Shown here in pieces: positions 27,781-36,268 of a DNA stretch of 64,000 bases. The stretch's first letter is position 1; every line of letters begins with the position of its first letter. Under the pieces are notes generated by a model, which saw only the letters and a program-made list of their open reading frames with translations, did no database searches and had not been told where the DNA came from. A program made the position numbers and the translations under genes. The stretch lies in the NCBI GenBank assembly GCA_037131085.1, contig JBAXRS010000003.1:2683-66682 (forward strand), in the 5' to 3' direction. The DNA is from Verrucomicrobiota bacterium (GTDB taxonomy: Bacteria; Verrucomicrobiota; Verrucomicrobiia; Opitutales; UBA953).

Positions 27781-28611
27781 TTATTCGGTCGGTGGATTAG
27801 ATTCTTTGCCCTTGGCATGCCGGGCCCGTTTACGAGCCATGAAGCCGTCGGCGCGAGGCTTGGGGGTCGCGGCGAACCAGGCCATCACCAAAGGGGTTAC
27901 TTCGGATAAATTAAGCGGATGCTGGCCTAAGATACCTGGAAATCGGAAGCAATGTTCAACCCGTGGCTGGAGGTCAGGGTCAAGCCGTTCGCCAGAAATC
28001 AGAAGAGCCAAGTGGCGAGCAGGAACTCGAACGGGAACCCCCAAGTCAATCTTTCGACCCATGTCAGGGGAGAGTGCGACGACGCAGCAACGGTCTTCCA
28101 CCAATTTGAGTAAGCCACCCAAAGCCGCGGCACGCATCAAGCGCAGGTTTTCCATCGAACCACGGGATAGATTCCAGGCTGCGGGATGAAAGGCGATTTT
28201 TTCAGTGCCGGAAGAAAGCAGGAGACGCTTGAGCCCGAAAGCCGCCATCGAACGGGCAATGGCCGCCAAGTCTTCGGGATTCGTGATGCCATCTGCGATA
28301 ACGATGCTTTCGTGCGTTTCGCGCCATTCGGTGAAATCCGAAACCCGAGCTAGGCCGAGATCGGGACGCATAGTCAACGCGCAGACATCGTCGCAAGGAC
28401 CTTCGGCGGTCTCAGCCAATTCGATGGGGCCGACGATGCGGGTCTTCACGCCGAGTTCGGTGAACGCTTTATTGTGCTCGGCTAAAGAGGGTGCAAAGGC
28501 GGCGGTGGCGACGATTTCCCGGAGGGCCTTGGGATGATGCTCCAGGCAGGCTAAAAGTGATTTAATTCCTCGGATGATGAGGCGATTAGGATGAGGGTCT
28601 GGAGTGGTCAT
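27781..28611 (-). CDS. TrmH/SpoU (SPOUT) family RNA methyltransferase-like protein
   Basis: The motifs resemble RlmB/TrmH: VIADGITNPEDLAAIARSMAAFG, ALLISGERLD and FRFPGILGQHPLNLSEV. Several consensus positions are substituted. Confidence 0.55.
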   Translation of the reverse strand: MTTPDPHPNRLIIRGIKSLLACLEHHPKALREIVATAAFAPSLAEHNKAFTELGVKTRIVGPIELAETAEGPCDDVCALTMRPDLGLARVSDFTEWRETHESIVIADGITNPEDLAAIARSMAAFGLKRLLLSSGTEKIAFHPAAWNLSRGSMENLRLMRAAALGGLLKLVEDRCCVVALSPDMGRKIDLGVPVRVPARHLALLISGERLDPDLQPRVEHCFRFPGILGQHPLNLSEVTPLVMAWFAATPKPRADGFMARKRARHAKGKESNPPTE

Positions 28612-29081
28612 TTTATGCGGCCTTCATCGAAATCAATCATGTCGGCAAAAGAGATAATATCGGTGCGCTGTTCGGCACCCATCTTGCGTTTGGCTTCTGC
28701 GAGGGCCTCGCGACCCATTTCGCTCATCCCTTTTTGGACGAGCTCGCGATTCCAAATAGCCACGCGCAGGTCGGCAGGAAAGACCGTCAGGAGTCTGGCG
28801 TCAAGGTCCTGAGGGCTAACGGACTCCCGGACACATTGCACGACGGTATCAGGTTCGACCCCGAGATGCAGGCAAAGAAAACGATCGAATCCCTTACAGA
28901 AGTTCCGCTGGTAGGATTTAGGTAATTCCCCCCTGAGATGCTTGCGGGCTTTAGCAAGGAAACGTGGTAAGTGAAGCAGACCAGTCGCGGGATGCGGAAC
29001 GTAAGAGGAAGGCAGGTCGTAGCAGATCTCGCCCGTGGCCTCGGAGTAGCCCAACTTAGGGTTTGGCGCAGAATCGGTCAT
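28608..29081 (-). CDS. DUF5069-like protein
   Basis: LLHLPRFLAKARKHLRGELPKSYQRNFCKGFDRFLCLHLGVEPD matches my memory of the DUF5069 signature. It has 4-nt overlaps with both neighbours. Confidence 0.5.
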   Translation of the reverse strand: MTDSAPNPKLGYSEATGEICYDLPSSYVPHPATGLLHLPRFLAKARKHLRGELPKSYQRNFCKGFDRFLCLHLGVEPDTVVQCVRESVSPQDLDARLLTVFPADLRVAIWNRELVQKGMSEMGREALAEAKRKMGAEQRTDIISFADMIDFDEGRIK

Positions 29082-29668
29082 GGCTGCTTGGGCGAAATAG
29101 GCGTGCCGCTAGGGCTTACCCATGTGCTGATGTCGTGTGCGGCATTAGCGAGGTTTTTTGATTGAGCTCGAACAAACTCAGCCGAATTTGGAGAATCCAT
29201 CACAGTTGACCAAGCGCTGGTTTTCTCACGAATGACTTCACCGGCTGAATTTTCTAACCGAAAATGGATGCTGAGAGTGGCGTCTTTCGGCGCTTTGACG
29301 GCCATCCGCTCAACGGTGACTAGGAGGACAAAATGGTCAGCAGGGGGAGCAAGCAAGGTCGTCGAAATTCCGGTAATTGACGCTAAGTGATTCGCAATGG
29401 CTTCAGAAATTAGACGGTCAAGGGGGGCGACCCAACGATGCGAGTCTTCGATCCGCACCCAGCCGGCATCATCCAGCATGACCAGATTGGGGCGGCGGAG
29501 AGCGGGGGGAATCGAGGCACGGGTGACGAAGACGACCAGCCCTGCATTTGCGGCGGTCGCTGAAGGAGAACTAAATTGGTAAAAGGCGACCGCCTCGCTT
29601 TTTTTGTCAAAGACGATACATCCCGGCAAGATGAGTAGCGCGCCCAAGAGTATGTAGATTCGAGTCAT
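29078..29668 (-). CDS. ABC-type transport auxiliary lipoprotein (DUF330 / PqiC-YmbA-like)
   Basis: Lipobox LILPGC and a size of about 190 aa. It lies immediately after the MCE gene with a 4-nt overlap, the standard position for this family. Confidence 0.6.
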   Translation of the reverse strand: MTRIYILLGALLILPGCIVFDKKSEAVAFYQFSSPSATAANAGLVVFVTRASIPPALRRPNLVMLDDAGWVRIEDSHRWVAPLDRLISEAIANHLASITGISTTLLAPPADHFVLLVTVERMAVKAPKDATLSIHFRLENSAGEVIREKTSAWSTVMDSPNSAEFVRAQSKNLANAAHDISTWVSPSGTPISPKQP

Positions 29669-30702
29669 TTGGCTTCAGGTTTTTCGACCGCCTTAATAAC
29701 GGACGGGGCGATGGCCTTACTTCTACCCTGAATGATGGTTTCAGGATTACGTTCGATGAAATCAGCCAGCGATCTAATCGCCTGGGCGGCATCTGAAACG
29801 TCGGCCAAGGCCTGATCAAGGTCCCGGCGCGCCGGCGAGCCTGGCTTCGTTAGGGTCCGGAGGTTTTCGGAAGTTTCGTTCAAGCGATCGAGTGCCTTAC
29901 GACCGGCGGTGGCCATGCCCTTGATGTCATCGGCCACCGGGTCTACCTTGGTGGTCAGCCGCTTGACCAGTCCATCGATCCCGCGCATGGCCGTCGAAAA
30001 ATCTTCGATAGCCTTAGTGACAGCTGGATCACCTGTCACCTGGGCGATGTTTGAAGATGCCCGAACGAGGTTAGTATTAATTTTTTCAAATTCAATCTGA
30101 GACGCGCCCTTGTCGAGCCGACCTAAGATCGAGTCCACCTTCTTGGTGATGGAAACGAAGTCGACCCGACTTAATTGATCGAGGGTCTGAGATACGGCTC
30201 GGGTAAGGGCTCCGAGATTGGACGGCTGGGTGGGTATTTCAGCAGATTCCCCTTTCAAATCGTGGAGTTTATAAGCGGTGTCAGGAAAGTAATCCAGTTC
30301 GACGTAAAGGACGCCAGTAATGACGGATTGCTGCTGGAGTTTGGCGCGTAAGCCTTTCTCGATCGATAAGCGCAAGCCGTTTTTCTCCAGAAGAGCTTGG
30401 TCGAGACCGCGACGCGTCAGGAGGTCGGAGGCGAACTCCATTACAACGGGGACCGAGTAATCCGCTGCCCCTTGGGCGGTAGTACGCAGCAGCACCTGAG
30501 AAACCTTGCCGATCGTGACGCCCCTAAACTTCACGGGAGCGCCGATATCGAGGCCGCTCACGGAGTCATCGAAATACGAAATCGCACTCGGTTTAACGCC
30601 CGAAAAAGAGCCTGCGCCGAGAAGCACGAAAGCCACGGTAAAGAGAATAATTCCCCCTACGACAAAGGCACCAATTAAGGTTTTGTTGGCTGATCGGCGC
30701 AT
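29665..30702 (-). CDS. MCE/MlaD-family protein
   Basis: N-terminal TM helix, then the MCE domain (GLDIGAPVKFRGVTIGKVSQV) and a long helical C-terminus. Confidence 0.8.
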   Translation of the reverse strand: MRRSANKTLIGAFVVGGIILFTVAFVLLGAGSFSGVKPSAISYFDDSVSGLDIGAPVKFRGVTIGKVSQVLLRTTAQGAADYSVPVVMEFASDLLTRRGLDQALLEKNGLRLSIEKGLRAKLQQQSVITGVLYVELDYFPDTAYKLHDLKGESAEIPTQPSNLGALTRAVSQTLDQLSRVDFVSITKKVDSILGRLDKGASQIEFEKINTNLVRASSNIAQVTGDPAVTKAIEDFSTAMRGIDGLVKRLTTKVDPVADDIKGMATAGRKALDRLNETSENLRTLTKPGSPARRDLDQALADVSDAAQAIRSLADFIERNPETIIQGRSKAIAPSVIKAVEKPEAK

Positions 30703-30705
30703 AGT

Positions 30706-31464
30706 TCAAGTTAGACTGGCTTGGGTAAAGAAAGCGTGGGCTTTGGGTGTGAAATCTGGTCGAAGGAAGTCGCGCGGCGGAGCGTAGGCGCTCATCGTGC
30801 CCGTGTCAGGGTCAAGGTAAACGCAGAAGTCTGCCGTGCGTAAGATGCTGGGCACCTCGTGACTTACGAGGACAATGGTGGTACCGAAGGATTCGCGGAG
30901 TTTGAGGATTAATTCATCAATACGGCCAGAAGTGACCGGATCTAAGCCGGCGCTGGGTTCGTCGAGGAAAATGATTTCAGGGTCAAGGGCCATGGCGCGA
31001 GCGATTCCTGCTCGCTTCATCATCCCGCCGCTAATCTCGGAGGGAAGTTTTTCCATGGCATCAGCCAGGCCGACGAGGGCTAACTTATATTCGGCCAGCT
31101 GTCGGATCTCTCGCTTAGGCGCCCGGAGAAATTCACGCATCGGCATTTCGACGTTTTCCCGTAAAGTGAGAGAGGAGAAAAGGGCAGCGCCTTGGAAAAG
31201 GAAACCAAGCCGACGCAGGGTCGCTTCACGCAAGGCTTGATCAGCGAGCGCTAAATCAACCCCCATGAGCATGGATTTGCCGGCCAGAGGTTCGTCGAGT
31301 CCGCTCAGGGCACGCATGAGGGTGCTCTTACCGCAACCACTCGGGCCGACGACCGCGAGGATTTTTCCAGCCGCAAGACAGAAATTGATCCGATCCATAA
31401 TCGCCATACTCCCGTGGCCGATCGAAAGGTTTTCGCTAACCAAGATGTCGTCCTTTGTACTCAT
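30706..31464 (-). CDS. MlaF-like ABC transporter ATP-binding protein
   Basis: Walker A GPSGCGKST, signature SGGMMKRAGIARA, Walker B IIFLDEPSAGLD. The ATG at 31464 shares one base with the permease stop codon. Confidence 0.9.
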   Translation of the reverse strand: MSTKDDILVSENLSIGHGSMAIMDRINFCLAAGKILAVVGPSGCGKSTLMRALSGLDEPLAGKSMLMGVDLALADQALREATLRRLGFLFQGAALFSSLTLRENVEMPMREFLRAPKREIRQLAEYKLALVGLADAMEKLPSEISGGMMKRAGIARAMALDPEIIFLDEPSAGLDPVTSGRIDELILKLRESFGTTIVLVSHEVPSILRTADFCVYLDPDTGTMSAYAPPRDFLRPDFTPKAHAFFTQASLT

Positions 31465-32558
31465 CAGAACTTGAAGAGATTGAAGAGCACTGCGAAAATG
31501 GCATCCGCGATGACGATGAGCGTGATGCCCAGCACGGCCGCCGAGGTAGCAGCTTCGCCAACGCCGAGGGCGGAACGATGCGCGACGGAACCGCGATAAC
31601 ATCCAGCCCAAGCTGCGATGAAACCAAAGGCGATGGATTTAATGAAGCCCACGAGGAAGCTCTTGAAGGTGATGGCGAGGATGACTTGGGTAAGGTATTG
31701 TTCGACGCTGAGATCGCCCGCACATGCCACCACCATACCTCCGAGCACCCCAATGAATGTCGCGAACAATGATAATAGCGGAATCATCAGCGTCACGGCG
31801 ACGATACGAGGGATGGCCAGGTATTCGATCGGGTTAAGGCCGAGGGCGCGCAAGGCGTCGGTTTCCTGACTGACATTCATGCTCCCTAGTTGAGACGCAA
31901 AAGAAGTGGAAGTTCGACCACACGCAATAATGCCCGTCATCAAAGCGCCCATCTCCCGAGTCATCGCCAGAGACACCAGGTTAGCGACATACACCGTTGC
32001 GCCCAACTGCCGTAACTGAATCAAGCCAACATAGGCCATGATCAGCCCGGTGAGAAAACCGAGGAGCGCCACGATTGGAAGCGCATCGACTCCAGCGGTC
32101 TGCAGCTGCAGAGGTAAGTCCGACCAATTTACTTTGGCGCGACCGAAGATAGATCGAATAAATCCCAAAGCGATATTACCAATATGATCGAAGGCGCGCG
32201 ACCAGGAGGACGAACTGTCGACCCCCCAATTGCCGAAACGTTCAAGGACATTGCTTTCAGTCGAAGGGCTTTCGTTAACGGAAGCCTTTTCTGCTAATTG
32301 AACTAATGCCTGAAGGCGCTGCGGAAGGGCGACCAGATCAATGTGTCGAATGTTCTTAAAGTTGCCGTAAAGCCAAGAGGGCAGGGAAGAGTCGAAATCT
32401 CCCAAATCTTCCGCCCTAACCCGGACCTTATCGCCCTTGACGATGATATCGGGAAGTTCTTCATGCAGAGACCAGACCCCGCCCAAGGTGACCAAAGCAG
32501 TGCCGTCTGCGAGGACTTCCGTCCTAGCCCATGACGTGCTTTTGGAAGTTTGCGACAT
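31464..32558 (-). CDS. MlaE-family ABC permease with an N-terminal extension of about 110 aa
   Basis: The C-terminal 250 aa or so is typical MlaE/YrbE (ALPIVALLGFLTGLIMAY...REMGALMTGI...ALGLNPIEYLAIPR). I preferred the start at 32558 over 32648. Confidence 0.85.
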   Translation of the reverse strand: MSQTSKSTSWARTEVLADGTALVTLGGVWSLHEELPDIIVKGDKVRVRAEDLGDFDSSLPSWLYGNFKNIRHIDLVALPQRLQALVQLAEKASVNESPSTESNVLERFGNWGVDSSSSWSRAFDHIGNIALGFIRSIFGRAKVNWSDLPLQLQTAGVDALPIVALLGFLTGLIMAYVGLIQLRQLGATVYVANLVSLAMTREMGALMTGIIACGRTSTSFASQLGSMNVSQETDALRALGLNPIEYLAIPRIVAVTLMIPLLSLFATFIGVLGGMVVACAGDLSVEQYLTQVILAITFKSFLVGFIKSIAFGFIAAWAGCYRGSVAHRSALGVGEAATSAAVLGITLIVIADAIFAVLFNLFKF

Positions 32559-32647
32559 CCTGACTGTCAAATACTTCGGCAGAACATTATTCACAAGTAG
32601 AAAGGCGTTGTCCCCCCAGCCTTCCGAGCCTTTGCTTACCCTCCTCA

Positions 32648-33610
32648 ATGCGGTCTCTTGCGCTCTTCACCTACCTGTTCCTAGCTGCGGCGGCACAGGC
32701 GATTGATTTCGATTCACCTTTACCTATGGCCGGCGTGAAAGCCCGGGTATCCTTGACCGAAGAAAATGATAAGTTCAGTGCGAGAAACCTGGACCGATAT
32801 TATACCCAAGGGATTAAGCTGACCCTGGCATCAGGCGAGCATGCCTACGCGTCTTTGACCCAAGAGATTAACACTCCGGCTGATACCCTTTCATCGAATC
32901 CCAGCTTAGACGATCTACCCTACTCTGGGGCGGCTTATTTTAGTTACGGATATGGCACCGTCTTAGACCGTGGCAGACGTCGCGACTGCCTAGTCTCTGT
33001 TGAATTACAATTCGGGATGATTGGTCAGGCTGCTGGCGGAACTGGAACCCAGAATAACTTTCACCACTTGGTCGGACTAAAACCGGCCGCCGGCTGGCGA
33101 ACGCAAATGCCCAATGAGCCCATCGTGAATTTAAACGGCGAGTTTCGCCGGCGTTTCAATTTAGATACAATCGACCGGGGATATCGCGACCTGATCGTTC
33201 GATCGTTGCTCGATCTTGGGACAATTCGCACCGAATTTATTGTGGGCATACAACTGCGCTTAGGCCTGAACCTGGACCGATCCTGGGGACATTCGTACAT
33301 TCGGCATTCCAACGGCTACGACCCTATCTTTGTCCCCGATGCTAATGACCTGTCGCCCGATTTTTCCGCATGGGGCTTCGCGGATACGCAGCTCGAAGTC
33401 GTCGTGCATAATTACTCCATTGATGGCACGAGTCTCAGCGCATCCCGCGGCGTGACCCGTCGACCCGTCGTCTTACAATTCGCCCTCGGGGCTACCTTCC
33501 AACTAAAAGCCGTTTCCGCCAGTTTCTTCACCGCCGTACGTTCGGCCGAATTCGACACTCAGGACGGGGTGCATTTCTACGGTGGCTTCAAAGGAGATTT
33601 ACGCTACTAA
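32648..33610 (+). CDS. LpxR-family (lipid A 3'-O-deacylase-like) outer-membrane protein
   Basis: Signal peptide. The VSLTEENDKFSARNLDRYYTQGIKL start resembles the LpxR/DUF2219 signature (NDxF...DRxYTxG). About 320 aa with an aromatic C-terminal residue typical of beta-barrels. Confidence 0.6.
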   Translation: MRSLALFTYLFLAAAAQAIDFDSPLPMAGVKARVSLTEENDKFSARNLDRYYTQGIKLTLASGEHAYASLTQEINTPADTLSSNPSLDDLPYSGAAYFSYGYGTVLDRGRRRDCLVSVELQFGMIGQAAGGTGTQNNFHHLVGLKPAAGWRTQMPNEPIVNLNGEFRRRFNLDTIDRGYRDLIVRSLLDLGTIRTEFIVGIQLRLGLNLDRSWGHSYIRHSNGYDPIFVPDANDLSPDFSAWGFADTQLEVVVHNYSIDGTSLSASRGVTRRPVVLQFALGATFQLKAVSASFFTAVRSAEFDTQDGVHFYGGFKGDLRY

Positions 33611-33612
33611 TC

Positions 33613-34536
33613 ATGACTAAGATTGCAGTTATTGATGTGGGTTCCAATTCTATCAAGGTAGCCGTCGCAGACGGCCAAACCCAACAGGAAATCGGACGCA
33701 GTTCGGAATCAATCCGGCTGTTCCAACCCGGAGACGAAGCCGCACTTCTCCCTTCAGATATCATGGATGAAGCCGTTGAAGGCATCAACCGGCTGATAGC
33801 CGTCGCCAAGGGGCATGGGGCCGCCCGTATCGTCATCCTGGGGACGAGCGCCGTTCGCGACTGTAAGAACCGGGACATATTCTCCTATCGGATCAAGGCC
33901 AAGACTGGCCTGGGTTTGACTATCATTTCGGGTGAGGTCGAGGCCAGGCTGACCGCGGCGGGCATTCGGTCTGACGTCCTTTATTCCGATTATAAAAACA
34001 TCCTAGCATTCGACCTCGGCGGCGGCAGTCTGGAGGTGATGGCGCTAAGAGGGAAGCAGTGTACCTTAGCGCGCAGCTTTGCCCTTGGTTCGGTTCGACT
34101 GACCCACGGTTATCTCCGCGGGGGCTTTGGCGCAGTGGATGAACATGACCAATCTTCGATTCGTTCGCACCTACTTAACACCTTAAGTACGATCATCCCC
34201 AGCAAGGCGGCGGAAAACTTCTTGATCATCGGAGCTGGCGGAGCTTTCGCTAGCATCGCTCTTTATTTGACCGCGATTGGGGAAGCACCCATTGGAGGGC
34301 GATTGCCTCTCTTAAGAATTCGGGAATTAAAAGACAAATTATGCGCGATGAATATCCAAGAACGTCAAAGCGTTCCCGGCCTACCTAAGGACCGCCTTGA
34401 TATCATGCCAGCAGCCTTAGTCACCTTATGCACCTTAGCCGACCTGACGGGAGCCGAGGCGTTTCATCTGACGCACCGTGGCGTACGTCATGGAATGATG
34501 GAATTGATGCTTGGCCCATCGGGCGACCAGTTATGA
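33613..34536 (+). CDS. Ppx/GppA-family phosphatase (N-terminal ASKHA domains only)
   Basis: IAVIDVGSNSIKVAV start and DLGGGSLEV motif. 307 aa, with no HD-type C-terminal domain. Confidence 0.85.
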   Translation: MTKIAVIDVGSNSIKVAVADGQTQQEIGRSSESIRLFQPGDEAALLPSDIMDEAVEGINRLIAVAKGHGAARIVILGTSAVRDCKNRDIFSYRIKAKTGLGLTIISGEVEARLTAAGIRSDVLYSDYKNILAFDLGGGSLEVMALRGKQCTLARSFALGSVRLTHGYLRGGFGAVDEHDQSSIRSHLLNTLSTIIPSKAAENFLIIGAGGAFASIALYLTAIGEAPIGGRLPLLRIRELKDKLCAMNIQERQSVPGLPKDRLDIMPAALVTLCTLADLTGAEAFHLTHRGVRHGMMELMLGPSGDQL

Positions 34537-35405
34537 AAGCACTCCCTCTCATCTTAGCTGTCTTACTCGGCTGCCAGGCCTTGCACGCCGCCGAATCTTC
34601 GCAGGTATCGACCGCATTGGTCGTTAAGCAAGACCTCAAAGTAAGCACAGCTGAAATCCAACTCCTCAGCCCCTCGGGAGAACCGATCAAGTTAGCCACG
34701 CGTAAAATCAAGCTTTCAGGCGGCGATAATAACATCGCCTGGGAGGGTCGCCGTGTCCGCTTTGAAATCAGCGCCGCCTCAGATCCTGAATTCGCATTAA
34801 GGGTCTTTCCCGTTGAGCCAGAATCCTTGCGCCAAATCGCCGAAATTACCGATGCTTTGCATCGCGAAACACTCGATAAGGGTCGGTTGGTGACGCGCCT
34901 GCCGTCCGAACTCGTGCCCAACATGGCCTTGTGGGATCAGACCGCTAAATTAGTGACCAAGAAAGACTTTTTGGGAGCGCCGCTGGCGATAAACTTTATT
35001 TTCACAAGCTGCCGCAATGCACGCATGTGCCCAGCTTCGACCCAAGCGATGAAGAGCCTGGCAGACGAGTTGGATAAAGATGCAAGCCTAGCATCGGTTC
35101 GCTTGCTTAGCATCACGTTCGACCCAGAGAACGACTCTCCGGGGGTCTTAAAAGCCTATGCGGACGGCTATCAGATCAACCCTCTACGACATCGTTTCCT
35201 GACAGGTGACTCCGCGCAAATCAAAGACCTGATGAAACATTATGGCATTCTGACGGTGCGCGACGATGGCACAATTGTTCATAACGCCGCCTTGATCATC
35301 GTCAGTGCCGAAGGCCGGATTGTAAGACGCAAAGAAGGGGCCGTATTTGATCCCGTCGAAGTCGCTCAAACCTTTGCCCAACTCCAGGCACCCGCCCATA
35401 AATGA
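34533..35405 (+). CDS. SCO1/SenC-family thioredoxin-fold protein with an extra N-terminal domain and CX5C spacing
   Basis: The ATG at 34533 overlaps the ppx stop codon (ATGA). Signal peptide MKALPLILAVLLGCQA. Sco-like core INFIFTSCRNARMCPAS...FDPENDSP...HNAALIIVSAEGRIV. Confidence 0.7.
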   Translation: MKALPLILAVLLGCQALHAAESSQVSTALVVKQDLKVSTAEIQLLSPSGEPIKLATRKIKLSGGDNNIAWEGRRVRFEISAASDPEFALRVFPVEPESLRQIAEITDALHRETLDKGRLVTRLPSELVPNMALWDQTAKLVTKKDFLGAPLAINFIFTSCRNARMCPASTQAMKSLADELDKDASLASVRLLSITFDPENDSPGVLKAYADGYQINPLRHRFLTGDSAQIKDLMKHYGILTVRDDGTIVHNAALIIVSAEGRIVRRKEGAVFDPVEVAQTFAQLQAPAHK

Positions 35406-36268
35406 GCAAATCACGACAAGTCGGACTCATTACCCTCTTGGCCCTCTTGGGTTATCTGGCCCTAAGTTTCCTGCCCGATACTCATTGTGCGCTCCTGCAT
35501 GGGGCGCATGAACCTCTCCTCGTGCGCGGGGTCGAGTTTTGCGGAATCAACGAAGAGGCAAATTATTACTCTCCCCAAAAAATGCGGTTTCCCGTAAAAA
35601 TGGAACTTACCCTAAATGCGGATGGACCGAGCTTCCTTTGGTTAAAAGGCGAAGACGATCGGCCGTTGCTTGATCACGAAATCTCCCTTTCACATACCCA
35701 AAAAATACACCTGCACTTGCGACAGGTTCAAGGGTCGCGGACCTACGTGCACATTCACCCGACGCCCACCGAGGATGGGCGATGGAGTTTTGTACTACCG
35801 TCGGAATTTTCGACGGGTAAGGCCGGCGAGACTCTGCAAGCTTTTGCGGACTTCGTCCCGCGCCGCAGCGGACGTGTGATGCTGGCGGAATGCAACGCCC
35901 AGTTGCCGGTAAGGGTACTCGAGAGCGTCCCTGGGGCCCAAAGCCTGAGCCTAGTTAGCCACACGTCCAACACTGACCGAACCGGTGAAACGGCTCTGAT
36001 CAGGGTCAAGTTAGCTGCCAAAGACCATCAGGCCGTGAAGCTATTGCCTTTGATGGGTTCTTTAGGCCATGCGGTCTTATTCGGCGATCCGCGGAGTAAC
36101 TCCGGCTATGCGCATATGCATCCTTCGCTTGAAGGGGGTGAATACGACGAGCAACCCTCGCTTTCATTCCGATTAAAGCTGCCCGCTCCCGGCGATTACG
36201 ATTTTTGGTTAAATGTAAATGACGGTACGAATCAGTATCTCCGCTTTACGTTGACGGTTACGAAGTAA
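35402..36268 (+). CDS. Hypothetical membrane-anchored protein with two HxHP motifs
   Basis: ATGA overlap with the Sco-like gene. N-terminal TM helix. Two beta-rich halves contain YVHIHPTP and YAHMHPSL. Confidence 0.55.
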   Translation: MSKSRQVGLITLLALLGYLALSFLPDTHCALLHGAHEPLLVRGVEFCGINEEANYYSPQKMRFPVKMELTLNADGPSFLWLKGEDDRPLLDHEISLSHTQKIHLHLRQVQGSRTYVHIHPTPTEDGRWSFVLPSEFSTGKAGETLQAFADFVPRRSGRVMLAECNAQLPVRVLESVPGAQSLSLVSHTSNTDRTGETALIRVKLAAKDHQAVKLLPLMGSLGHAVLFGDPRSNSGYAHMHPSLEGGEYDEQPSLSFRLKLPAPGDYDFWLNVNDGTNQYLRFTLTVTK

